Assembly: GCA_051010095.1 (NCBI GenBank)
Contig: JBPCVX010000389.1
Coordinates: 1 to 46,202 of the forward strand
From: Hyphomicrobiales bacterium
GTDB lineage: Bacteria; Pseudomonadota; Alphaproteobacteria; Rhizobiales; CAJQND01
Direction: 5' to 3'
Length of the DNA stretch: 46,202 bases
Position 1 is the stretch's first letter, and each line of letters opens with the position of its first letter. Positions 11,126 to 19,869 of the stretch are shown here, piece by piece. Made by a program: the position numbers and the translations under genes. The notes below the pieces were generated by a model that saw nothing but the letters and a program-made list of their open reading frames with translations, was not told where the DNA came from and ran no database searches.

Positions 11126-11350
11126 ATGTTACAAATTAGCAACATTAGTATGATGCGTGCAATGGCACACTTTCACCCTTACGGTACGCCGGTAGATCCA
11201 ACCGAGCATCATCGAAGGGATGTATTCGTGCGTCTGCCCGCCCAAAGATTGCAGCGTGCCCAAGAATTAGTTCATGACCTTGTGAGTTTGGTTCAGAAGA
11301 AAATGCCAGCTTGGCAGGTGCCGTGGCGCCGGATTGAAGGTAAGTGTTAG
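11126..11350 (+). CDS. Hypothetical 74-aa ORF divergent from the LysR gene (may be non-coding or a gene remnant)
   Basis: This is the only ORF of 60 aa or more in the 347-bp gap between the LysR start and the ABC-F stop. I recognise no motif in it. Confidence 0.2.
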   Translation: MLQISNISMMRAMAHFHPYGTPVDPTEHHRRDVFVRLPAQRLQRAQELVHDLVSLVQKKMPAWQVPWRRIEGKC

Positions 11351-11377
11351 TTGCCAGGCTGGGTAAAGAGCGTAGGT

Positions 11378-13309
11378 TTAACTTGCTTTCAAAGCTTCCT
11401 GTTCAGCGGTTTCTAGCGCGCCAGTAGCCTCAAGCCAGTCTTCTTCCAGCTGCACAAGCTTTTTCTTTGCCTGGCCATGGTCGCGGCTTAAATCATGGGC
11501 GCGGCCCGGATTGTCGCGAAACAAGTTGGGTTTCGCCAATTCCTCATCCATTTCAACCATTTTTTCCTGCAATTTCTGCATGTTAGATTCAATGTCTTGA
11601 ATCTTTTTCTTATAAGGCTGAAGTTCTGCGCGCGCTTGAGCTGCAAGCTTTCTTCGTTCAGAAGCAGGTATACTTGAAGTAATATCTGAAGAACTTGAAT
11701 CAATATCTGAAGTTTTTATTTTGTTAGAACGGCGTTCTGCACGCGATTGTTCTAATATAAACTTAGTGTATTCATCGAGATCGCCCTCGAATGGTGTGAT
11801 TGTCTTGTCTGCAACAAGCCAAAGCCTATCGGCGCATGTCTCAATAAGGTGCCTGTCGTGGCTGATGAGAATGACCGCACCTTCATAATCGTTGATTGCC
11901 TGAATGAGCGCCTGGCGGCTGTCCACATCAAGGTGGTTGGTGGGTTCGTCCATGATCAGAATATGCGGGCCAGAAAAAGAAGCCAGCGCGAACAAGAGGC
12001 GCGCTTTCTCGCCACCAGAAAGTTTGCCCGCCTTTGTATCTGCCAGATGAGCGCCAAACCCGAGTGCGCCGATCTTGGCACGCCGTTGGGCTTCCGTGGC
12101 ATCGGGCATCATCTCGCGAATATGGTCGTACGGGCTTTCGTCAGGGTGCAGTTCATCCAACTGGTGCTGGGCAAAATAACCAACCTCGAGTCGCTTGTGG
12201 TGGCGCATATGCCCATCGCTCACAGGCATTTTGCCTGCAAGGACTTTGGCGAATGTGGATTTACCATTGCCATTTGCCCCCAACAAACCAATGCGGTCGT
12301 CTGGATCAAGGCGCATATTAAGATCACGCAACACCGTTTCGCCAGGTGAATAAGATGCACTTGCCTCATCGAAACGCACCAGGGGCGGATTGAGTAGGCG
12401 CTGAGGTGAGGGCAACAAGAAAGGCGCTACCTGGCTGTCCACCATCGCTGAAATGGGTTCCAGTTTTTCCAATGCCTTAATGCGGCTTTGGGCCTGGCGC
12501 GCCTTGCTTGCTTTGGCCTTAAACCGATCAACGAACGCCTGCATATGCCGACGCTGATCGTCTTGTTTCTTTTTCAGTTTCAGCTGTAAGGCTTGTTGTT
12601 CGCGCCGTTGGCGTTCAAAAGTGTCGTAATTGCCCTGGTAAAAAGTGAGCTTATGCTGGTCGAGATGCATGATCGCACCAACCGCTGTGTTCAGCAGATC
12701 ACGGTCATGGCTGACAATCACCACGGTATGGCGATAAGTGCGCAAAAAGTTTTGCAGCCAGATCGTGCCTTCCAAATCGAGATAGTTTGTCGGCTCATCG
12801 AGCAAAAGCACATCTGGCGCATCAAAAAGAGCAGCCGCCAAGGCGACCCGCATGCGCCACCCGCCAGAAAGCGATCCGCAGGCTTCTTGTTGGCGGCTTT
12901 CTGAAAACCCAAGGCCGGCGAGAATAGATGCAGCGCGCGCCGGCGCAGCATGGGCATCGATATCGGCAAGCCTTGTATGCACTTCGGCGATTTTGAGGGG
13001 ATCTGTCTCGATCTCTGCCTGCTCAAGCAAACTGGCGCGCTCTTTATCAGCGGCCAGCACATGGTCAATCAATGAGGTTTCCCCGCCAGGAGCTTCCTGA
13101 GCGATGCCGCCAATGCGCCATCCTGAGGGAATTGAGATTGATCCATCATCTGGCTGCAGGCGGCCATGCAATATGTTCAACAGCGTGGATTTACCGGTTC
13201 CATTGCGGCCCACCATTCCCACTTTTGCTTTTGCGGGCACGGCTATGGATGCGCCTTCTAGCAGAACGCGCCCTTCAATGCGGTAGGTGAGATCGTTAAT
13301 ATGCAACAT
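11378..13309 (-). CDS. ABC-F family ATPase (Uup/YheS-like, with a C-terminal coiled-coil)
   Basis: Two Walker A motifs (GRNGTGKST, GANGNGKST), two ABC signatures (LSGGWRMR, LSGGEKAR), no TM domain and a charged C-terminal coiled-coil. I trimmed the start to the ATG at 13309 (MLHINDLTYRIEG), the canonical ABC-F N-terminus. Confidence 0.88.
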   Translation of the reverse strand: MLHINDLTYRIEGRVLLEGASIAVPAKAKVGMVGRNGTGKSTLLNILHGRLQPDDGSISIPSGWRIGGIAQEAPGGETSLIDHVLAADKERASLLEQAEIETDPLKIAEVHTRLADIDAHAAPARAASILAGLGFSESRQQEACGSLSGGWRMRVALAAALFDAPDVLLLDEPTNYLDLEGTIWLQNFLRTYRHTVVIVSHDRDLLNTAVGAIMHLDQHKLTFYQGNYDTFERQRREQQALQLKLKKKQDDQRRHMQAFVDRFKAKASKARQAQSRIKALEKLEPISAMVDSQVAPFLLPSPQRLLNPPLVRFDEASASYSPGETVLRDLNMRLDPDDRIGLLGANGNGKSTFAKVLAGKMPVSDGHMRHHKRLEVGYFAQHQLDELHPDESPYDHIREMMPDATEAQRRAKIGALGFGAHLADTKAGKLSGGEKARLLFALASFSGPHILIMDEPTNHLDVDSRQALIQAINDYEGAVILISHDRHLIETCADRLWLVADKTITPFEGDLDEYTKFILEQSRAERRSNKIKTSDIDSSSSDITSSIPASERRKLAAQARAELQPYKKKIQDIESNMQKLQEKMVEMDEELAKPNLFRDNPGRAHDLSRDHGQAKKKLVQLEEDWLEATGALETAEQEALKAS

Positions 13310-13367
13310 GATGAGGCGGTGAATACCTGCAATGGATGCCAATGTCACGCAAGAACGCGTGTTGGCC

Positions 13368-13970
13368 TCACTGTTCTGCGCGTACGATGTTTGGGAGGGG
13401 CACATTGCCCGCCCTAATGGCCGGTTTGCCGGCAACACAATCGAAATTCTCAGCCGTGTTATCTGCGATCTCGCGGGCTTGCGCATTTGCGCCGGGGTTG
13501 TTGCTGGCAACAACATAACCCACAGCACATCCATCGCGCTGTGAGACTTGGCCAACTTTTTCCACCACCAGCACCTCAACCTGAGGCGCGCCACTTTCTT
13601 CAATGAACCAGCGGTGGATGGTGGCGAAGGGTATGGTGAGGTCGTTCATCTTCTTGAGGCGCCATTCAATGGTTTTTGACGTTTGATTGAACCCTGCGAA
13701 ACTTTCCCAGCGCGGCGCCAGGGTGCCGCCCTTGGTGAATCCGTAAAAAATGGATTCGCGTAGATCGCTATAGAAAATCATCACCGGATAACCCCGGTAC
13801 CCATCGCATACCAGGTTTGCCCACTCGCCATCACCCTCTTGGGCGCGGGCAAAAACTGTGCAGTGCTTTTCTGAATCGATCTTGGTATAGGCGCTTGAGT
13901 AGTCAGAGGCCAAAGCTGGCGTTGACACCAACAGCGCGCATAAAAAACTGGACCACAGAATAAGTTTCAT
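13368..13970 (-). CDS. Hypothetical exported protein
   Basis: Signal peptide MKLILWSSFLCALLVSTPALA from the ATG at 13970, and four Cys in the mature part. I recognise no family. Confidence 0.6.
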   Translation of the reverse strand: MKLILWSSFLCALLVSTPALASDYSSAYTKIDSEKHCTVFARAQEGDGEWANLVCDGYRGYPVMIFYSDLRESIFYGFTKGGTLAPRWESFAGFNQTSKTIEWRLKKMNDLTIPFATIHRWFIEESGAPQVEVLVVEKVGQVSQRDGCAVGYVVASNNPGANAQAREIADNTAENFDCVAGKPAIRAGNVPLPNIVRAEQ

Positions 13971-14027
13971 GCAGCCCAGTTTACAAATTCGTCTAGCAAT
14001 CGCCAACCCGGTGTGGGGTGCAAATGC

Positions 14028-14402
14028 TTAGAGCACGTCAACGCGAACTTTGACGAGGCCTGATTTGAGCATGCCAAGTTTGCGCGCAGCACCCAGTGAT
14101 ACGTCAATAACGCGTTTGCCGACAAATGGACCGCGGTCGTTAATGCGCAACACAACACTGCGGCCATTGCGCAGGTTTTTCACCCGCACCTTGGTGCCGA
14201 ATGGCAAATAGCGGTGGGCAGCGGTCAATCCATTTGGGCGATATGCTTCGCCATTAGCGGTCACTTTGCCCATTTTATACCAAGAGGCAACGCCAGTGAA
14301 GGATTTACCTTTTTTGGAACCTGCATCGGCAGTGGTGAGATTGGCGCCAAAAGCAAGTGCGCCTGCGAGCATTATTGCGCCCGCGACAGTGCGGAGTTTC
14401 AT
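14028..14402 (-). CDS. RlpA-like (DPBB domain) septal ring lytic transglycosylase family protein
   Basis: Signal peptide from the ATG at 14402 (MKLRTVAGAIMLAGALAFG). RlpA DPBB signature GVASWYKMGKVTANGEAYRPNGLTAAHRYLPFGTKVRVKNLRNGRSVVLRINDRGPF. Confidence 0.82.
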   Translation of the reverse strand: MKLRTVAGAIMLAGALAFGANLTTADAGSKKGKSFTGVASWYKMGKVTANGEAYRPNGLTAAHRYLPFGTKVRVKNLRNGRSVVLRINDRGPFVGKRVIDVSLGAARKLGMLKSGLVKVRVDVL

Positions 14403-14578
14403 AGTGAAAAGCCTCAAACCTGTTTGAATTTCTTTGAAGTTTAGAATCGTCCCGTTCACGCGGACTCTTCGCTCGAGAATGTGGCAAAGATTCGACCAGG
14501 AAAGATGTTTATTATAAGTGGCAGAAACACCTGAGAGGGTGTATCTGTGGGCAACTTGTTACGTCTGATCTGAAAGGT

Positions 14579-15847
14579 TTGCCTGTGACATATTTGGCGT
14601 TTTTACAGGCCAATCTGCGCTGGGTCGCGGGCGGGTTTTTGCTCACATTCGCCTCGAGTTTTGGGCAGACCTATTATATTTCGCTATTTGCAGGTCAGAT
14701 CAGATCAGAATTCGCCCTCAGCCATGGCGATTTCGGCGCGCTTTATGCCATCGCCACCGTTGGCAGCGCGTTCACTCTGATTTGGCTGGGCAAATTAGCC
14801 GATACCATGCGTGCGGTGTATCTCGGCATTGGCGCCCTGTTTGGATTGGCGGCAGCGTGCATCGGCATGGGGCTGGTCAGCTCAGCCATCATGCTGGTTT
14901 TTGTGCTCTATGGGCTGCGCCTTTTTGGCCAGGGCATGTTGAGCCACATTGCTTTCACGCTAATGGGAAAGTGGTTTAATGCCCAACGCGGTCGCGCCGT
15001 CTCATTGGTATCGCTGGGCTTTGCCGGGGGCGAAGCGTTGGCCCCTTTTGCCGTTGTGGCGCTCGCAGCCGCCATTGGTTGGCGCCAAACTTGGTTTCTT
15101 GCAGCCGCCATATTGGTGTTGGGGTTTGCACCGCTCGTATGGCGTTCGTTTTATGTCCAGCGTGTGCCTAAGGGCAAGGTTCAAAAGTCAGAAAACGTGC
15201 CCGATGAGCCATCTCCGGTGCGTGATTGGACGCGCAAAGAAGTCCTGCGTGATTTTGTGTTTTATGCGACTTTACCGGGTCTGCTTACCCCGACATTCAT
15301 GATCACCGGCATTTTGTTTCATCAGGTGCATCTGGTGGAAACGAAGGGGTGGGAACTGGCCGTATTCACCACGTCTTATCCAATTTTTGCAGGCTGTGCC
15401 GTTGTCATCGGTCTGTGGGCGGGATCAATCGTCGATAGATGGTCGGCATGTGCGTTTTTGCCGGTGTTTTTATTGCCATTGGCCGCGGGCGCACTGTTAC
15501 TTGCCTATGTGGATGCGTTGTGGGCAGCCTATGGGTTCATGCTGCTGATGGGCGTTACAGTTGGCATCTCGCCGGTTATGCATGGTGGGTTATGGGCTGA
15601 GCTTTATGGCACAAGGCATCTCGGTGCCATTCGTGCACTTGATACATCTTTGATGGTTTTCACAAGCGCCCTGGCGCCGGTGACCATGGGATGGTTGATC
15701 GATATCGGCGTGGAGCTTGAGACCCAATTCATCTGGATGGCGGGTTACATTTTCGTGGTTTCTGTAATGCTGTTTGTGCTGTTTAAAACAAACCGCGTCT
15801 CTACCGCACATGCGTTGTCATCTTCTACGCTTGAAGCGGCGCGTTGA
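14579..15847 (+). CDS. MFS transporter
   Basis: About 12 predicted hydrophobic helices and an MFS-like loop motif (GKLADTMR). The start is ambiguous between TTG at 14579 and GTG at 14585. Confidence 0.8.
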   Translation: MPVTYLAFLQANLRWVAGGFLLTFASSFGQTYYISLFAGQIRSEFALSHGDFGALYAIATVGSAFTLIWLGKLADTMRAVYLGIGALFGLAAACIGMGLVSSAIMLVFVLYGLRLFGQGMLSHIAFTLMGKWFNAQRGRAVSLVSLGFAGGEALAPFAVVALAAAIGWRQTWFLAAAILVLGFAPLVWRSFYVQRVPKGKVQKSENVPDEPSPVRDWTRKEVLRDFVFYATLPGLLTPTFMITGILFHQVHLVETKGWELAVFTTSYPIFAGCAVVIGLWAGSIVDRWSACAFLPVFLLPLAAGALLLAYVDALWAAYGFMLLMGVTVGISPVMHGGLWAELYGTRHLGAIRALDTSLMVFTSALAPVTMGWLIDIGVELETQFIWMAGYIFVVSVMLFVLFKTNRVSTAHALSSSTLEAAR

Positions 15848-15907
15848 GGTGGCTATAACGCTGCGCAAATTTCAAATTCACTTCTACAATAAAGACAGGG
15901 ACAGACC

Positions 15908-16330
15908 ATGGCTCTCGAGCGCACATTCTCCATCATTAAACCCGATGCAACCAAGCGTAACATCACCGGCAAAATCATCTCTCGTTTCGAAAGCAACGGC
16001 TTGCGCGTCGTGGCATCAAAACGCATCCACATGTCTAAAGAACAAGCGCAAGGCTTTTATGCCGTGCATGCTGAACGCCCGTTCTATAACGATTTGGTTG
16101 CGTTCATGACGTCTGGCCCCGTTGTTGTGCAGGTTCTGGAAGGCGAGAACGCTATTGCCAAAAACCGCGAAGTTATGGGTGCAACAAACCCAGCTGAAGC
16201 TGCTGAAGGCACCATCCGCAAGGATTTTGCAGAAAGCATCGAAGCCAATTCAGTGCATGGATCAGATGCACCGGAAACTGCGGCAGAAGAGATCAAGTTC
16301 TTCTTCGGCGATGATGAGATCGTCGGCTAA
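15908..16330 (+). CDS. ndk: Nucleoside-diphosphate kinase
   Basis: [15 protein letters not shown]-terminus and the active-site NSVHGSD. Confidence 0.95.
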   Translation: MALERTFSIIKPDATKRNITGKIISRFESNGLRVVASKRIHMSKEQAQGFYAVHAERPFYNDLVAFMTSGPVVVQVLEGENAIAKNREVMGATNPAEAAEGTIRKDFAESIEANSVHGSDAPETAAEEIKFFFGDDEIVG

Positions 16331-16355
16331 CGCGCTAAGCGCGATCTGAAATTTG

Positions 16356-16384
16356 GGCGGCTCTTTTCGGAGCCGCCTTTTTTA
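16356..16384. terminator. Bidirectional rho-independent terminator between ndk and the convergent dehydrogenase gene
   Basis: GGCGGCTC / GAGCCGCC 8-bp GC-rich stem with a 6-nt loop, followed by TTTTTTAT. Confidence 0.8.
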
Positions 16385-16388
16385 TGTT

Positions 16389-18812
16389 CTAAGCCCGCAG
16401 CCGCTCATTTTTCGGATCATATATTGGCTGTTCGATCACTTTGGCGGCCCGGCGCTCACCCAAAATCTCCATTTCAAACGATGATCCAGGTGCTGCATAT
16501 TCCGGGTCTACATAGGCAAAAGCGAGAGACTTACCCACGTGATGCCCATAGCCGCCAGACGTGGTGACCCCAATCCATTTATCGCCATCGAAAATGGGAT
16601 CATTGCCACTGGCATCCACATCACCGGCATCAACCTCGCAATAGACGAGCTGGGTGCGTGGGCCTTCCTGCTTTGATTTAAGAGTGCCAGCGCGGCCCAC
16701 AAATTCACGGCCGTCATCACGCACAAAACGTTCCATATCAGCTTCGATCATCGTGATTTCTTCGGTAAGTTCCGAGCCCCAGCCACGATAAGCTTTCTCA
16801 ATGCGCAGTGAGTTCATGGCGTAAGAACCAAACAGTTTCAGACCATGGGGTTTACCTACTTCCATAAGCGCATCATAAATGGCGGGAAGGCCATCCATGG
16901 GCGCGTGCAGTTCCCAACCCAACTCACCCACATAAGAAACACGCAATGCCCGCACATCCCCCACGCCGGCAACGCTAATGGTTTGCGCTGTGAGCCAGCG
17001 GAAACTTTCATTGGTTAGGTCTGCATCCGTAAGTGCACTCAAAATATCGCGCGCCCGCGGGCCAGAAAGCACCAAGGTGCCGCGGTCATTTGTACAATTG
17101 GTTATGGCGACATCTTCATCATCTGCAATGGCGTTTTTGATGAGCCAGAAATCTTGCTCTTCAGCGGCAGCGGCGGAAAGCACATAGAAATGATCATCGC
17201 TCATGCGGGTGATGGTGAGTTCGGAAGTGATGTAGCCTGCTGGTGTGAGCATATGCGCCAGTACAGTTCCACCCTGTTTTGTGGGAGCCTTGTTCGCACA
17301 TAGACGATTAAGCAGGTTTTCTGCATCTTTGCCTTTAACGTCAAATTTGGCAAAGGTTGAAAGATCTGTAAGCCCGCATGCTTCGCGCACGGCCTTGCAT
17401 TCTTCTGCCACCGGCTCAAACCAGTTAGAGCGTTTGAAGGAATAGTCTTCACCTTCACCAGATTTATCAAACCAGCGGGCGCGTTCCCATCCAGCCACGA
17501 GCTGGAATTGTGCACCTTCTGCTTTCAGCTTGTCATAAAGGCTTGAAACCCGCACCGGACGGCCCGGCTCGTGCTGTTCACCAGGGGCAAGGCAGGTATA
17601 CATGTTTTGATAGTCATGAATGGACGTGATGCGCGCATATTCCAGGGTCGCCCAATCGCCAAAACGGCGCGGGTCAAACTCAAGCATGTTAATTTCAGCC
17701 TGACCATGCACCATTTGCTGGGCCATATATTTACCAGCACCGCCACCCTGGCAAATGCCGATGGAGGCACCATTACACATCCAGTAATTGGCGGCACCTG
17801 GTGCCCGCCCCAACAGGAAGTTTGCATCTGGTGTATGGGTGATGGCACCTGAGATCACATCTTTAAGGCCTGCTTTGGCAAACAGCGGAATGCGCTCGGT
17901 GGCTTTTTCAAGCCAGGGCAGAAGACGATCGACTTCCGGGGTTACGAGCTCGTTTTCAAAATCCCACGGCACACCCTCATCGAAACAGGTGACTGCGCCT
18001 GAAGTTTCATAAGGGCCAATGAGGATGCCGTCTGTTTCTTCACGCAAGTAGCAATGAGAATAAGGATCGCGCACCACTGGCAGCTCTTTTTCCATATCGA
18101 CGAGCTCTTGCACCGGTTCAGTGATGAGATAATGGTGCAGCATATTGGCGATCGGTACATTGTGGCCGGTCCATGAGCCCACAACATCTGCATAAGAGCC
18201 CGCGGCATTCACCACATGCTCGCACACGATTGTGCCCTTGTCGGAAACCACTTCCCATTCGCCAGAAGGCAGCAGATTAATATCGGTCACCAGAGTGCGG
18301 CGGTAAATTTCTGCACCCTTTTGGCGGGCGCCAGCAGCCATGGCCATGGTCACATCGGCAGGCGCCACGTGGCCATCTGTGTAGGTGATGAAGCCTGCTT
18401 TCACGCCAAATGTTTCCAGATAAGGGTGGTATTTTTGAATCTCGTCGGCATCAACAATGTCGCAATCATAACCCACCATTTTGCTCAAGCCTTCGACGTG
18501 CTTGAACCAGTCTACCTCTTTGTCGGTAAGCGCCAGACGCACGCCGCCACAGCCATGCCAGGAAACGGATTGGCCGGTGAGTTCTTCAAGTTTGGGGTAA
18601 AGCTGCGTGCCATAATGGTGGATTTTCGCCAGGCTGTAAGAGCCCACGAAATCGGGGCATTGACCCGCTGCATGCCAGGTTGACCCGGACGTCAGCTCGC
18701 CTTTTTCAACCAGCACAACATCATTGCCCCAGCCTTCTTCTGCCAAATGGTAGAGCAGGCCAACACCCATAACACCGCCACCTACGATACATACTTTCGC
18801 GTGAGTTTTCAT
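16389..18812 (-). CDS. Dimethylglycine/sarcosine dehydrogenase-like flavoprotein (FAD oxidoreductase fused to a GcvT-type folate-binding aminomethyltransferase domain)
   Basis: N-terminal dinucleotide fold VCIVGGGVMGVGLLYHLA, about 800 aa in total, with a C-terminal GcvT-like region. I trimmed the start to the ATG at 18812 (MKTHAKV). Confidence 0.85.
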   Translation of the reverse strand: MKTHAKVCIVGGGVMGVGLLYHLAEEGWGNDVVLVEKGELTSGSTWHAAGQCPDFVGSYSLAKIHHYGTQLYPKLEELTGQSVSWHGCGGVRLALTDKEVDWFKHVEGLSKMVGYDCDIVDADEIQKYHPYLETFGVKAGFITYTDGHVAPADVTMAMAAGARQKGAEIYRRTLVTDINLLPSGEWEVVSDKGTIVCEHVVNAAGSYADVVGSWTGHNVPIANMLHHYLITEPVQELVDMEKELPVVRDPYSHCYLREETDGILIGPYETSGAVTCFDEGVPWDFENELVTPEVDRLLPWLEKATERIPLFAKAGLKDVISGAITHTPDANFLLGRAPGAANYWMCNGASIGICQGGGAGKYMAQQMVHGQAEINMLEFDPRRFGDWATLEYARITSIHDYQNMYTCLAPGEQHEPGRPVRVSSLYDKLKAEGAQFQLVAGWERARWFDKSGEGEDYSFKRSNWFEPVAEECKAVREACGLTDLSTFAKFDVKGKDAENLLNRLCANKAPTKQGGTVLAHMLTPAGYITSELTITRMSDDHFYVLSAAAAEEQDFWLIKNAIADDEDVAITNCTNDRGTLVLSGPRARDILSALTDADLTNESFRWLTAQTISVAGVGDVRALRVSYVGELGWELHAPMDGLPAIYDALMEVGKPHGLKLFGSYAMNSLRIEKAYRGWGSELTEEITMIEADMERFVRDDGREFVGRAGTLKSKQEGPRTQLVYCEVDAGDVDASGNDPIFDGDKWIGVTTSGGYGHHVGKSLAFAYVDPEYAAPGSSFEMEILGERRAAKVIEQPIYDPKNERLRA

Positions 18813-18981
18813 TGCGTTCCCTATCACCGGGTTGAATTTATTTTGGCACCAATCTCGACTATTCCAGCGCTTGGCTCAAGTGCCAGAATGTAACCATCGG
18901 TGAGATCAAATAATGTTTCTTGACGGCGCGAGTAAAGCGAATAGGTTGAGAGATTGATTTTCTTGTCGAGCAGCAGTTCTA

Positions 18982-19869
18982 TTGCAAAATTCTAATCCGG
19001 TACTGGGTGTTGTATGCGCGCTGGGTGTCATCTGCATCTGGTCGAGTTTCATCGTGTTTTCGCGCGCTGGCGTGACAACGGCGCTAACCGCCTATGACAT
19101 TACAGCTTTGCGACTGATCGTGGCTGGCTTGGCGACGCTGCCTTTTGCTTATTGGTGGTGGCCAAGGCACTTGCCAGTAAAGGTGCAGGCGCTGCTGTCT
19201 CTTTCAGGTCCGGGTGTAATCTATTCCACCATGATGTATCATGGGCTTGGCGAGGCATCTGCCGCCTATGGCGGCGTGTTCGCCAATGGATCATTGCCGA
19301 TATTCACTGCTTTGTTTGCTTTTTTGGTCTGGCAGGTGGTGCCATCCACGCGCGAGTTCATCGCCATTGCGGTCATTGTGACAGGCGCAGTGTTGCTGGG
19401 CATTCCAGGCATGCGAGCAGGTGGAGCAAATGTGGCGGCGGGCATCGTGCTGTTTCTTTCGGCATCGGCCACTGTCTGCGCTTACACGTTGGGCATCCGC
19501 CATTACAAGATTACGCCCAAGCAAGCGCTGGCGCTGGTGAATGTGCCGAATGCGCTGGTTTTTCTGCCCATTTGGTATGCGTTTCTGCCCTCTGGCATGG
19601 CCGAGACGGACATCCAGACAGTAATTTTCCAAGCCTTGTTTCAAGGGCTGGGGCCAGGTTTTCTGGCGTTGATCTTGTATACTTTATCAACCATTCATCT
19701 GGGCGCCGGGCCCACGGCTGCATTCTCGGCGGCAGTGCCAGCAAGCGCGGCGGTGCTTGCAATCCCCGTATTGTCAGAAGTGCCCACAACCTTGGAATGG
19801 ATTGGCGTTGCTACGGTGACGTGTGGACTTGCGCTTTTGGTGCTAAAAACGCACCGGGGAAAAGCCTGA
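18982..19869 (+). CDS. EamA/DMT-family transporter
   Basis: About 10 hydrophobic helices in a two-repeat architecture typical of EamA. It appears to use a TTG start. Confidence 0.75.
   Translation: MQNSNPVLGVVCALGVICIWSSFIVFSRAGVTTALTAYDITALRLIVAGLATLPFAYWWWPRHLPVKVQALLSLSGPGVIYSTMMYHGLGEASAAYGGVFANGSLPIFTALFAFLVWQVVPSTREFIAIAVIVTGAVLLGIPGMRAGGANVAAGIVLFLSASATVCAYTLGIRHYKITPKQALALVNVPNALVFLPIWYAFLPSGMAETDIQTVIFQALFQGLGPGFLALILYTLSTIHLGAGPTAAFSAAVPASAAVLAIPVLSEVPTTLEWIGVATVTCGLALLVLKTHRGKA

Noticed and set aside
10588-11139. A 183-aa plus-strand ORF antisense to the LysR gene.
   Set aside because: It has the Ser/Arg/Ala-rich composition typical of an antisense frame and lies entirely within a well-supported LysR CDS.
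13310-13603. A 98-codon N-terminal extension of the ABC-F ORF (the track gives 741 aa). It would overlap the upstream exported-protein gene.
   Set aside because: The canonical ABC-F N-terminus, MLHINDLTYRIEG, begins at the ATG at 13309. The extension is Trp/Arg-rich with no homology and overlaps another credible CDS.
13368-14459. The possibility that the two same-frame minus-strand ORFs 13368..14006 and 14028..14459 are one gene split by a stop, like the oxidase.
   Set aside because: Each ORF has its own start codon and signal peptide, and the RlpA-like domain is complete on its own. Sharing a frame has a one-in-three chance.
18813-18981. A glycine riboswitch or other leader upstream of the dimethylglycine-dehydrogenase-like gene.
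   Set aside because: I read the reverse complement and found none of the conserved glycine-riboswitch core elements, only unstructured AT-rich sequence.
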